Source: Microthyrium microscopicum
Taxonomy: Eukaryota
Direction of reading: 5' to 3'
Length of the DNA stretch: 64,000 nt
Assembly: GCA_010405405.1 (NCBI GenBank)
Contig: MU004232.1
Coordinates: 1,569,481-1,633,480, forward strand
Both the position numbers and the translations under genes were made by a program. This document shows positions 26,761 to 38,761 of the stretch, piece by piece (position 1 is the first letter of the stretch; each line of letters starts with the position of its first letter). The notes under the pieces are model-generated. The model had not been told where the DNA came from. It ran no database searches and saw only the letters and a list, made by a program, of their open reading frames with translations.

Positions 26761-28599
26761 ACGTTCTATTATATCTTCTTCTATTTAACCTTTAATTTAA
26801 CCTTTTTTAGTATAGTAATAATTTTAATTACTTTATACTATACTAAATACTAAGCTTTAGTAAGTATTTTAATCTTATTTTTTATTACTAGCTTTATATT
26901 ATAGTTAGCTTTTATTTCCTTTTCTTAGTTATAAGTATTATATTATTATTTAGTATAGTACTAACTTAGAATTATATAGTTATAAACTCTTTATCTCTTC
27001 TTACTTTTTAACTATTATTAAATATAGGTTATATTTCTTCTTCTTCTTTTATAATTATATTAACTACTTTAGCTCTTTCTTCTCTATAATCTTTATTCTA
27101 AAGTAGTAGATTACTAAGTTATTTATTTATAAGTAGCACTAATAAATAACCTACTAGCTTAATTAATCTTAGATATACTAATATTAAACTTACTAATAAG
27201 TTTTTTTAGTAAAAGATTTATATTAAAAAGGCCTATATTATTAGTTAGAAAAGGTACTACTATATAATTAGGTCTTATAGGTAAATATTAATAAATATAT
27301 AAGATAGTATAGTATAAATAATAGAAATTATAAAGCTATATATAAAATATAATATATCTAAGTAAATTATTAAGTTATTTAATTTATTAATTTCTTAGTA
27401 CTATATATAAGTTAGAGAATAGTATTTTAGTTATAAGATAATCTATATTTATAATAACTTAGAAATCTATAGGCTAATATAAAGATATAATTAGGTAAGT
27501 AATATAAAGGTTTAAATTATTACTAATACGTTATTACGTTTAAATTTAATAGATATAGGTTCTTTTCTACTTAAAAATAATAAAAGAAATTATAGGTTTA
27601 TATCTATAATTTTTAGATCTTATTTTTATATGCTAGTAAAAAAAATTATACTATATTTTAGAGATTTTTAGATCTTTTTAACTATTATTACTATTTTTTA
27701 ACTATAATAGATATTATCTTTTTATTTTTTGTTAGTGCTTTAGATAGTAGCTTTTAACTAGCTTACCTTTATAGTAATTAAAAATATTTAGTTTTAATAG
27801 AATAATAGCTTAGTAACGTTTGTAATAGAAAATTACGCTAATCTCTACCTCTTTATAAATTCTTATAGTAATAAGAATTACTCCTAAAATTTAGTAATTA
27901 TCTAAACTTACTCTAAAAATATATATATACTAATATTATTAGATTTATCTTTATTTATTAATATCTTAATATATTTAAATACTATTACTATTAATACCTA
28001 TTTATAGCTAGATATAATCTATCTACTCTTCCTTATACTACTAGCGTTTATTTACTTTATTATTATATAAGTAAATCTCTTTACTAATAGTTCTACTATA
28101 ATTTAACTCTATCTCTTACTATTAGTAGCTTAATAATCTCTATACTAATACCTATTTATAGACTAACTTAGCCCTTTTATAATCTCTCTTTTCTAATACT
28201 TAAGTATTTATAAGTCTAGCTATAGTATATTAGGTATTTATTAAATACTTCCTTAATGCTAAGTAGTATCTAGTTTATTTTTATAATTTTATTAGTAACT
28301 TCTTTACTTCTTTCTTAATATTAAAGTAATAGCCTAATTAGTATTAGGTATTAGTACTTTATTATTACTAATTAAATATTTCTCTAGTATTTAGTATAAA
28401 TATAGACTATCTATAAATAAGATCTTCTTAATATAGTAAAGTTTAGTATTAAAGGAGTATAAAATATACTTATTACTTACTATTCTTTAATTCTTCTTTA
28501 TCTTCTTTATTTAATATTAAACTTTAGTACTATTAATAGCTAATATTATTACTTTATTACTAGTATTAGTATAGCTTTACTAATTCTATATAATACTAT

Positions 28600-28890
28600 T
28601 AAAACTTAGGTTAACTTATTCTTAGTATATATTTCTATTCTATTTACTTTTTTTTTAAATTAACTTACCTTTTAGTATACGTTCTTATTTTATCTACTTC
28701 TTCTTTAGGTTAACTTACTTTTTAGTATATATTTTTATTTTATCTACTTCTTTTTTAGGTTAACTCTCTCTTCTAACTTTACTAATTTGCTATTTTAAAG
28801 GAATACTATAAGAGATTAGGCTTTACTAGCTTGCTATTCTAAAGGAATATTATAAGAGGTTAAGCTCTATTAGCTTACTATTCTAAAAGG
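28600..28890. repeat. Two adjacent tandem arrays inside the transposon (~50 bp units about x3; ~43 bp units about x2.5)
   Basis: ggttaacttac.ttttagtata..tt.ttattttatctacttctt.ttta recurs at ~28610-28765, and ttgctatt.taaaggaata.tataagag.tta.gct.ta.tagc recurs at ~28787-28890. Confidence 0.8.
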
Positions 28891-30979
28891 GATACTAAAT
28901 AAGCTAAAACTTTACTACTACTAGATTACTACTATCTAAAGGTAGTAAAAAGATTCCTAAAACTTTCTCTTTACTAATATATGCCTCTACTATATTAAAA
29001 AATACTATTCTCTATATAGGATTCTAATATCTATAACTTTACTTCTATATCTCTTTTATATTATAAAAGTATATAAAAATAAATACTCTAGTTTACTAGC
29101 CTTAATAATATTATTAAGAAAGTTAAGATTTTATGCCTCTTAGCTCTTTTATTTCTAATAAAGTATTAAAGGTTATAAAGACTTTATCCCTTCTAGTATT
29201 TTATCTTTATATTATCTTTATAAATTATAGGTTAAGATACTCTTTAGTATATATTTCCTTAATATTATTAAAGCTATTAAGACTTTATAATATTATATTA
29301 AAAGAAAATTAAAAGAACTTAGGCTATACTAGCTAGTAGTTTTTATTTATACTTACTATATATATATATAAAAAAGGACTACTAGCTAGTATAGAATAGT
29401 TATATAATATTACCTTTATTAGTAACTATCTTTAATATTATTTAAGTTTATATTATTATTATAACTAGTATTACTACTTTATTTTCTATATATACTTTTA
29501 ATATAAGCTTTTCTACTTATTATCTTTCTCTACTAACTACTAACTAGATTATAGTTTACTTAGATTATTACTTTACTACTTAATTCTTAACTTAGTAATA
29601 GGCTTTAGCCTTAAGTAATTATATTCTTTACTAGTTATATTTTATAGTAATTTACTTTCTTATTAATAATTAGGTAGTACTATAAAAATTTATAAAGTAT
29701 TATTAATTTTCTCTTCTTTTTATTTCTTTTATAAACTACTTTATATAATTAAATCTTTTATATTTAAGTACTTTATATACTCTAAGTACTTTATATATTT
29801 TATACTTTTACTAAACCTTATTAAATTATCTTCTCTTACTAATTCTTATTATAATAGTTTAGCTACTAATTAATACTCTACTTATAGGCTTTTTAGCCTT
29901 TAAAGCTTACTATAAGTAGGTAACCTATAATATAGTTCTTAGCTTTAAAGATTAGGGCTTTATTCTTAATATTCTTAGACTACTAAAAGGTAGTATTTAA
30001 TCTTCTAAGTCCTATATAAAAGGCTTTATATTTAGTACTATATATATAGTATAAACTAGTAGACTAACTATTATTACTATTAATATTACTAATCTAATTA
30101 TTAATTATATAATTAAATAGATTATAATTAATACTAATATAAGTTTATACTCTTAATTTACTATTCTTAGCTAATAAATATAGGATTTATAGGTTCTATG
30201 TCTAATTAACTATAAATCTTATTTAAGTTATCTTAGTAGTTACTATATACCTAGTAAATATAGTATTAATTTATATCTTATTACTCTAAATAAGAGTAAT
30301 ATCTTCTTTAGTAAGTATTTCTTAAATAAGAACTTTATTACTAGTCCTAGTATCTAATAATTCTCTTTTAAAGCTATTATCCTTTATAGTTAAGGCGACT
30401 TAAACTATAGATATATAAGTCTTAATAAATAATATAATGCTTACTAGAATCTTTACTACTTTATTTCTTAGTATTATACTTAGTAATAGTAAGATTTTTA
30501 TAGATATATTAGTTATTCTAACTTTTAGGATAATATATACTTAAACTATATTCTATATAGTAATATCTTAACTTATAATAAGTATATATAAAATAATAAT
30601 ATATTTATTTTACTAAACTTTTTTATAGTATAGAAACTAAGCAAAATAATTTTTTCTATTATTAAGAATAACCTCTTAGGCCTATTATAGTTTTAGAAGT
30701 ATTAGATAGATACTAAGGGGTTAATATTATAGATTTTAAAGTCCTATAGATTCTTATTATTATTTTAATAGTTTTTATTTATATAATTATATTCTTGTAA
30801 TAAAATTTAATATTAGAATAGTTAGAATAAGAATAAACTAAAAATTAGGATCTAGATAATATAATAGCTTATTTTTAATTTATATTATAATAATAGGATA
30901 TCTAATATACTACTTTTAATACTAATTCTAACTTAAATATTAGTAATATAAGATATATTAAATTTTAATATTTTAACTT

Positions 30980-32200
30980 TAATATTCTTTCTAATCTATA
31001 GTACCTAATATCTAAATCTAACCTTTTTTATATTGCTATATAAAATTATAAAATCTATATACTTCTATACTTTTATAATATATACTACTAGCTATATATT
31101 AAAACTATCTTTTAATAAAGTAATTATATTTACTTACTCTAATAGTATACTTTAAGAATTTACTAAAGTTAGTAAACTTACTATGCTTTACTATTTAATT
31201 CCTCTTTATTTAGGCCTTTAATATACTAAACGTAAGCTTAATAGGATTAAAATTAGGTAAATATAGTAGTAGATATTAAATAATATAGCTAGTATCTTTT
31301 AATAATCTTTTAATATTTAAATTTATATAAATTAAAATATTATTAAGGACTATAACTAGTATTTAATTACTTTACTTAGTAAAGTGCTTTAGTATTATAG
31401 GTATAAGTTTAGTCTTAATCTATTTATAAAACTATTTCTTATTCTAATATCTTAATTTAAAACTAGTATAAGGAAAATATTTTTCTAGTATTATAGTAAT
31501 AATAATAGACTAAGTTTTTTCTTAAGTTAGGCTTTAGATATACTATAATAGTTCTCTAATTAAACTATATACTTTATTATACTAACTAGTTTTTTTATTA
31601 AAGATAGATTTATTAAGGAATACTAGTTTATTTAATTTAAATTAGCTTATAGACTAGTAATATAACTAGCGTAGTTAATTACTCTAAGTATATAATATTT
31701 AGATAAGCTTTTTATAAGTTTACTTATACTATACTAGTATATAAGATATTATAAACTATAAGATATTCTTCTTAATCTCTTATTATAGCTAATACTTTAT
31801 CTTTTACTATAATATTTAGCTAAAGCTTAATATATACTAAAGTAGAGACTTCTTATCTTTAGTAGTAAGTTACTAAGAGTTACTATAAGATAGAAATTAT
31901 AGAGAGTATATAGATCTATACTTATTAAGGTTAGATTATATTTTATTAACTATTTTATAAGAATATTTTATAGAATTAGTAATAGCTAAAGAAGTTTAAT
32001 CTAGGCTACTATATTACTCTAGCTTATTATACTATATCTTAGTTAAAGGGCATTTTCTAGACTAGTACTTTATTATTTATTATTTTCTAGTAGCTAATAT
32101 TAATTAATATATATATTAATTAAGTCTTAAAAAGGATACTAGCTTAGGATTACTTATAATTATATTAGAAGCTACTTAATCTAATTTAGGATTAGATATA
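30980..32200 (-). pseudogene. RIP-mutated Tc1/IS630-family DD34E transposase; ends approximate
   Basis: One minus-strand frame reads FLNKSIFNKKTS* (inferred FLDESIFNEKTGW; D at 31614-12), IVLNN (inferred IVLDN; D at 31344-42) and LLLYLPNFNPIKLTFSILKA*IKR (inferred LPPYSPDFNPIE..FS.LKAWIKR; E at 31239-37). There are 34 codons between the second D and the E. Confidence 0.9.
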
Positions 32201-32362
32201 GTTAAGCTTATTATAATATCTATATAGATAAATCTAGGAAAATTACTACGCTAGAAGTAATAAAATATATAAAAATACGTAATTTATACGTAATAGAGTA
32301 ATTAAAATGCATAGATATGATAGGGTAAGATAATATGTAGAAATAACTAAATATTGAGTGTG

Positions 32363-32418
32363 AAGATGTAGTATTTTTGCACAAAAGGCCCGTGCAGATC
32401 GCCTTAAATCCTGCATCC
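32363..32418 (-). repeat. Right terminal inverted repeat
   Basis: aagatgtagtatttttgcacaaaaggcccgtgcagatcgccttaaatcctgcatcc, the inverted copy of 24674-24729. Confidence 0.95.
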
Positions 32419-32642
32419 TACAAATCAAGAACCTGTTATCAACCCTGGCCGATTTGACGTCATGAAATGCATCGTTGATCCTCTGCTCGTGTGGACGTGA
32501 ACTACTTCTCATCTCTCGCGTATTAGTTCTGCCAAATCTAAATCAATATTCTACTTCAGCAAAGACTTCTCCGTGGCCAAAAAATCCCTCATCTAACCAC
32601 TATTCCCGAACTCACATCACCACATCCACACCAAACAAAAAC

Positions 32643-33253
32643 ATGCCTGGCCCAGCAGTCCAGCAACGACCCAGACCTGGAACTTCTGTCGTCTCTAGAG
32701 GTGGTCGAACAGCCGTAAGCACCGTCTCGAAGCGAGGAGGTCCCAACGGACTTTCAAGAACTGCTGCTGCCGCAAAGAAGACACCACCAGTTCCACAGCA
32801 AGCCAACGGCGTATCTCCTTTTGAGATCATGGCAGGGCGAATTGCAAACAGAGTGGCCGACATGGCAGAGAATATCACCTTTTCCGAGAAACCACCGTAA
32901 GTTTACCCTTTCTCTGTCGTGATGCTGTAAGCTGCTTAATGCTGACAATTAAAAGACCAAAACAAGTTGAATTCGAAACACAGCAGAATGGCCGCAAAAA
33001 GGTTCCTCGCAAGCTCGAAATCCGTCTCCCCAACGCCAATGCCAATGGCGTCAAGTTCTCCGCACCATTCCTCGACAATCTGCTAGGCAAGATGTTGAGC
33101 TTGCAGAATCGCATGCTCATGACCGGCTCAGACCTCGCTGCCAGTGAAGCAGATGACAGCACCAAGCGAGATCAATTCGAGCAGAGCGCTGAGCTCTCAA
33201 GGATAATTGCACTAATCTGTGCAGAAAAGGCACGGCAAGGTGTGGAGACATGA
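32643..33253 (+). CDS. Hypothetical protein with basic low-complexity N-terminus (intron ~32897-32956)
   Basis: ATG at 32643; a GTAAGT..GCTGAC..AAG intron joins ORFs 32475-32900 and 32939-33253. Confidence 0.65.
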
Positions 33254-34135
33254 CGCGGGTTTACTTAGCTCTGATTTTGAAGCACTCGTGGAGTTTGGAT
33301 GGGAACAATGACGAATATGAGGATTATGTATTTTTAAAACCCCCAAATGAAGCTATTTCGAAGTTGTGTTTCAGTCACCGCTGCAACGGCCAAACTCACG
33401 TTTTCTGCACGCTGTCGATCGCTCTGGTCCACAAATTCAATATTGCAGCTTGATATGATTGGTGTAGAGGTTGTCACTAAACCACGTTCCGCGCCGTTAC
33501 CATGCGGTCCCAAGTGCAGTGCGAACCATTCTGAAAGATTAGGAAAGAGCGTTTTCTGCTACATCATAACATCTCGTGAGAAATTTCAGGTACCTTCGTA
33601 CCGTATCTCAGGATCTCGATAATACCTACTCGTATCCAGTGCACATCGACGTCATTCGTATAACCGCCACCGAATTGCGGAGGCGGGTATGCTAGGATTA
33701 TTTCTGGTTTGGCTTTATGCATACAGGGTCTCAAACCTGCAGAACTAGCTACCTCGTGGTGTGGCGGTGCAATGTAAAAGGATTGGATTGTCATTATTTG
33801 TACCCAAGTAGAAAAAGATCAACAAGGGCAAGGAATCTAGACCATAGCTTCGGGCCTTCTTTTTTGCAGATGCGTGAGTAGTACTATACCTTATCTTCGA
33901 ACCAGAAAATGGCATTTACTACAACTTGTGAAGCTGTACAGCTACTCAGCAGTCGAGGACGTTGTGAGACTATCAGATGAGAGGCCCGTCCAAGTATTCC
34001 GATATATGGTTATATCGATTTGTATGTAAAGGTCGAGTTCGAGAATTTGATTTAATTTTAGGTGTATAAACTAGATCTGCAAAGACTCCCGAAGGCAGGA
34101 CATATATCACGGAACTTCATTGAAATTCAAACGCT

Positions 34136-35486
34136 CTATAGCTTGACGAATCTACCCTTACCTGGGAGCTCAGGGAGCCCTGTAAATCAAGTCAGTCTCG
34201 AGCCTCATATCTCATTTGGGTGGTTCACTTACAGCTATCGATGGGCTCCTTCACTTGATCCTTGACGGTGCACTTATTCATAGCCGCAACACCTTGCGAC
34301 TTGAGTGGCTTTCCGTTCTCGCAAGCCTGGAACATGCACTGGTTGTCCATAGCCCGTTGGAGCGAATCGCCCTTCCATCCGAAAAGGTAATCAGCGTGGG
34401 TTCCGTATCCCTTGGCATCACCGAAACTTAGCACGAATGGGTTGGAGCCGTCTTTGGGCCACATGTTATTGAATTGCGTGGTGTCCCAGAGAGTCTCGTA
34501 GGCGACTTGGGGCACTCTGACTGGGTGGGAGGCTGGGCATGGGCCGGCTGGGGAGAAGGCTTCTTTGGTGGTGGTGTACATGTGGTCTTGATGGTTGGGG
34601 CTGTCGAGGTTCTTTCCGTCCCAGCATCTGGTGGATTTGTTAGTATGTGGTGAGGCAGTGACCGTTGATGTAGGGTACGTACGAGGGGAAATGGTGGACA
34701 GTCATGATACCGCCTTTGCATGGCTTGTTGGGGAAGGTGGTAAGCTCTGGGAATCGAGTATTCTTGTTGTCGAGACACACGAAGCGGAGACCAGTGTGGG
34801 TGTCGCTTCCACCGTGAGATGGGGCGCCGACTGTCATACGGAAACCCTTTATAGTGTTCAGCTTCAAGCAAGATCGAGGTTACTACGGAGAGATATCTTA
34901 CTGGCTTGAAGGATGTGATCTTTGCTTTTCCATTAGAGTTGAACGACTCCTGGGTGTAGTAGATGGTCATGCCACCGTTGATACCGTTTGGTAGCGCAGC
35001 GTTTTGCATGATTGGCACCTTCTTGAATGTACCGTTTGTGGGGTGCTTGAAGAACATCACTGCGGTCTGAATATTTGGTTAGTCTCTTTTTCTTTGAAAT
35101 CATTGTTGCTCCATGACGCTGTGTTCTGCTGCTTTGAAGTCTAGATTGCGCCAAAGCATTTCGCAATGATACACGATTATATTTCTCAAGTTGTAATAAC
35201 TCTCAAACTGATATCGGGCGAAACAGGTCATTCTTACCCAGTAGTTGCTAAAGTCCTCACTGAATGTGCATGTCGTGCAAGTACCCCGTTCACCAACATC
35301 TCCAGTCATGGTCGCATTGAAAGCATTGCCACCAACGATTTGGTGCAAATGAGATGCTGGGAGAGCACCAGGTTGAACGATAGGATCAAGACGCTGGATA
35401 GAAAGTGTAGAGCATCCAAATCGCAGCGCAGCCTGCGAAGGCGCGACCAGCGCGAGAGCGAGAGAAACTTGTTCTGAAATCCTCAT
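34136..35486 (-). CDS. Secreted DUF1996-domain protein (multi-exon; 3' end approximate)
   Basis: Signal peptide, then LRFGCSTLSIQRLDPIVQPG, HLHQIVGGNAFN, CTTCTFSEDFSNYW, GFRM, CWDGKNLDSPNH, CPASHPVRVP and HADYLFGW motifs. Confidence 0.9.
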
Positions 35487-36996
35487 ATTGAAAAAAATGG
35501 TATAGGTAAAGACAGTGAGTGAGATGTTAACATTCCAATCACGAGAGCTGGACCGTCTCAACCATATGTTAAATCTTTGATCTCTATCATATCTTAATCT
35601 TCCTGGCGGACAAAATTTCCGTTCTGCTGGTATATTTGTCCTTCATCTATTTACCTGCGGGAGGTAGACGGGTTGACAGGAGCGGAATAATATCTGAAGA
35701 TATCTGCACACATGGATTGCCCTGACCTTGGAAAGCTGTATTTTACTTTCGTCAACCTTTCCCAGCTCTTCTTATCTGCTTATTACTCTTACTTACCCGA
35801 TGACTTACACGTAAATTACCAGCACTAAGTCTTTTCGAAAATCGGTCGACATCTGATTAGCTAGGTCCTTGGGTCTATCTCCGAGCTTCAATCTATTGGT
35901 ATTAGCTTCTTGACTTCTACCAGGTATTGTCTTGATAGAACAATGCCCTATCCGGCCGCTTTCTCGGCTTTGAGCTTGAAGTCGAAGTTCTTGCCGGTCC
36001 AAAGAATTACAGTGATTGGCCTGATGTGTTGAGATCTTCGAGGGCACAGAATTCGGTAGTGGACCGGTACAAGGACTTGGGCTAGTCTATATACTTGTTA
36101 TTATTGACTGGTGGTAGAGTCAATATACCTAGTAGTGCTATCGCAGTGTGCCCCATGTGAACATATAATTCTGGACCTTTGGTTCTGATAAGTGATGCTG
36201 CACAATCGCTCTAGAAAATCTATTCTTGGCTACTTCCCTATTAACGGTAATGATGGTTCAAGTAAAAGAAGGAGAACTGGACTTATTCTTATCCTTATCC
36301 TGCTGCTCGCTGCTTCCTGGAGAGCTGTTCGCTTGGCCTGTGACCTTCAGTCAAGCGTGCCTGGTGTTCTTATGGAGACAGAATTACGTTGGTCCGATGC
36401 TGCAATTTCATGTGGAAAGAAATCGTGAACTCAGGTTCTATCGGCAGAAATTGCTTGGAAAATAAGTTGTTTATAGGAGGTTCTAGGCCTGTATGCTGAT
36501 CGTTGAGTTGCGAGCACATCAACAACAAGAACAACAATATCAACGATCTGTATGTTGGCTGACAGTACTTAAGTTAGAAAGGCCCCTTTCTCGTTATTGT
36601 TTTGAATGGCTCCCGAAAAATCATATAAAGAGTCGTGAGTCGTAGTAACAGGTAAAGATAGTACCTAAGGCATCGGCTATCAGCATGTAAACTGGCGATC
36701 AACTCCAGACCTTTTGATCAACATTAACCTTCCCACTCTCTCCTTTAAACTGCTTGATTGATTCTCTTGTGGCGGTGCAATACGGTTGTACATCGACGTC
36801 ATGCATGGAGTAAACCATTCCATGGTGTTGACCCCTGTAGAACCACGCCCTCGCCACCAAAACGCAGAGGCAAACAAGCAAGGAAGTATTGCATGAGGGG
36901 TCCAGCCTTGCAAGCCTTCGATGTCACTGTTGCTAATCTTACTATTTTCAAGTTCTACTTCAAAAATATTCATACTGTTATGATATTTCTTCAATC

Positions 36997-37857
36997 ATGG
37001 CAGGAATAGTTCAAAATATCATATCAAATAGTCTCTCAGGCTTTGTTGCCGGGGCAGTGACTACAGTCGGAGGATATGCTGGAGATGCTATCACTGGCGT
37101 AGGAAACTTCATCGAAGCCAAAGGTGAATCTGTAGGAAATGGTAAGTAAACCTGTCCCATTGCGTTTGAATAGCTTCAGGACCCATTTTAACTCATCACC
37201 TATGGAGAAGGTATCGCAAAGAAGATTGATGGCTGGGGCCAAGGCATCTCCAACGTCGGCAGCTATGCTTCGAATGCTACTGCCCCAAACGCAGGTGGAT
37301 ACGCAAAAACCGCAGTGAAGAAGCCAGCTGGACAGAAAGCTCTTCCATCTTCAGGAGCCAAGAAAGCCCTGCCCGCCCCTGCAGGCCAAAAACTTCTCAC
37401 AGCACCACCGTCGAAAGATTCGAAGGCTAAGAGTTCTGTGAACGGCACAAAAGCTAAAAGTACCGTGGCGGTGAAGAAGTCATCAGCTCCATCAACAGTG
37501 TCCACATCGACCAAGACGACTGCGTACAAGCCGGGCCCCAAGGCCGTTTCGAGTGTTGGCTCAAAGGCAGCACCTAAAGTTACCTCCAAGACGAATGCTG
37601 CTGGTAAAGTCATACCGGATGCTCGAAGTAAGCCAGGATACAAAGCGCCACCGAAGTCGACAGCTGCGGCTGCAAGGGCTGCACCATACAAAGGACCGCT
37701 TGGTGAAGGATCAACGGTTGGAGGGAATAGCTACAAACCGAATGGGGGATATACACCAAACGGTGGCTTCAAATCTGCTCCGTCAACAGCAGGGAGTGTG
37801 AAGCCTGGTAAGTCAGGAGGATACGGTGGACCGCTTGATCTTGGTGGACTAGCGTAG
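36997..37857 (+). CDS. Hypothetical Gly/Ala/Lys/Pro-rich protein (intron ~37142-37210)
   Basis: MAGIVQNIISNSLSGFVAGAVTTVGGYAGD exon splices in frame to ORF 37315-37857. Confidence 0.7.
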
Positions 37858-38761
37858 AGAATGGTTGTGGTGATGGATGATAAAATCGCTTGGAGTTGTT
37901 AAGATTCTCAAATCTACTACAATGTATACGTACGGTCATCGTCTCTATGGCAGATCACAACGAGCATAGGCCAGCAAATAGGTGCTGCTCTATCCTTGGA
38001 GTCGACGGGACCGGGTTGCATTCTCTCAAATTCTTCTTCTAAAGAATCAGGTTAGCTACGAGATTTTCATGTGAATGAATCTATGGAATACACGATACAT
38101 ACCTGGTGGATAATGAAAGGATACTAGCTGGTCAATAAGCTATCGTTATACTAAATGCTGGACCGTGTGTGAGCTCATACATTCAATATTAGTAAACTGG
38201 TATTCAGAGGAGCCAAATGGGCTTTTGTGCTTCGTCCCAGATAATAAAGGTTCAAGCAGAAGCATGTTGTATTGCCGTCGCGATTGACAGACAAGCAGTG
38301 ATCAGGGAGTTTATGATTTCGTTGCCGATACATCTGAGACCTTGTGTCGGGTCCTGCCTGGCAAGCTTCTCCAGGCAGAGGGTCAATTTCTAGAGACGCA
38401 TTTCTGACATAATACGATATCAATTGAACAAGATCTTTGGTGTTGATTCTGTTGAAGCTTCCAGCAGGCGCGGCAAGAAATGGCGCTAACTCATTAGGGT
38501 GTCAGGGGTAAAGCAAGCAAATACAACCAATCGGACGGCATCTAATCTGACATCTGCACGACACGAGAGCTTCCACATGCGCAGCTTTTGTTCCATCTTC
38601 CCCAGATTTATCCTGCTTTTGTGCGCCTATGCTGTGTCTCTGTTTTATTTTAGCGTTGAGCGTAACGAGACGATGAACCTTTGATTTCAGAAAAATTTAC
38701 CTCCCATCAAGCCAGCTGTCAGCTTTCGTGACAGTTAGGCAACATTCTATACGAATACACC

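Larger units (their letters stand above)
24674..32418 (-). mobile_element. RIP-inactivated 7.7 kb TIR DNA transposon of Tc1/IS630 type with apparent cargo ORFs
   Basis: Extreme AT/TpA richness with sharp edges; ~56 bp terminal inverted repeats; TA on both flanks (24672-73, 32419-20); relic DD34E transposase inside. Confidence 0.88.

Noticed and set aside
28600..28890. CRISPR-like array
   Set aside because: The units are contiguous tandem repeats without unique spacers, in a eukaryotic context with no cas genes.
24854..30900. Fanzor/TnpB nuclease as transposon cargo
   Set aside because: I looked for RuvC-like and CxxC..CxxC/DRD motifs in the RIP-mutated frames and recognised none. It cannot be excluded without a deRIP consensus.
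24674..32418. AT-rich block as a centromere, NUMT or LTR retrotransposon
   Set aside because: It is bounded by inverted rather than direct repeats, contains a DD34E transposase relic and shows the TpA-rich RIP signature. No RT or mitochondrial gene motifs were recognised.
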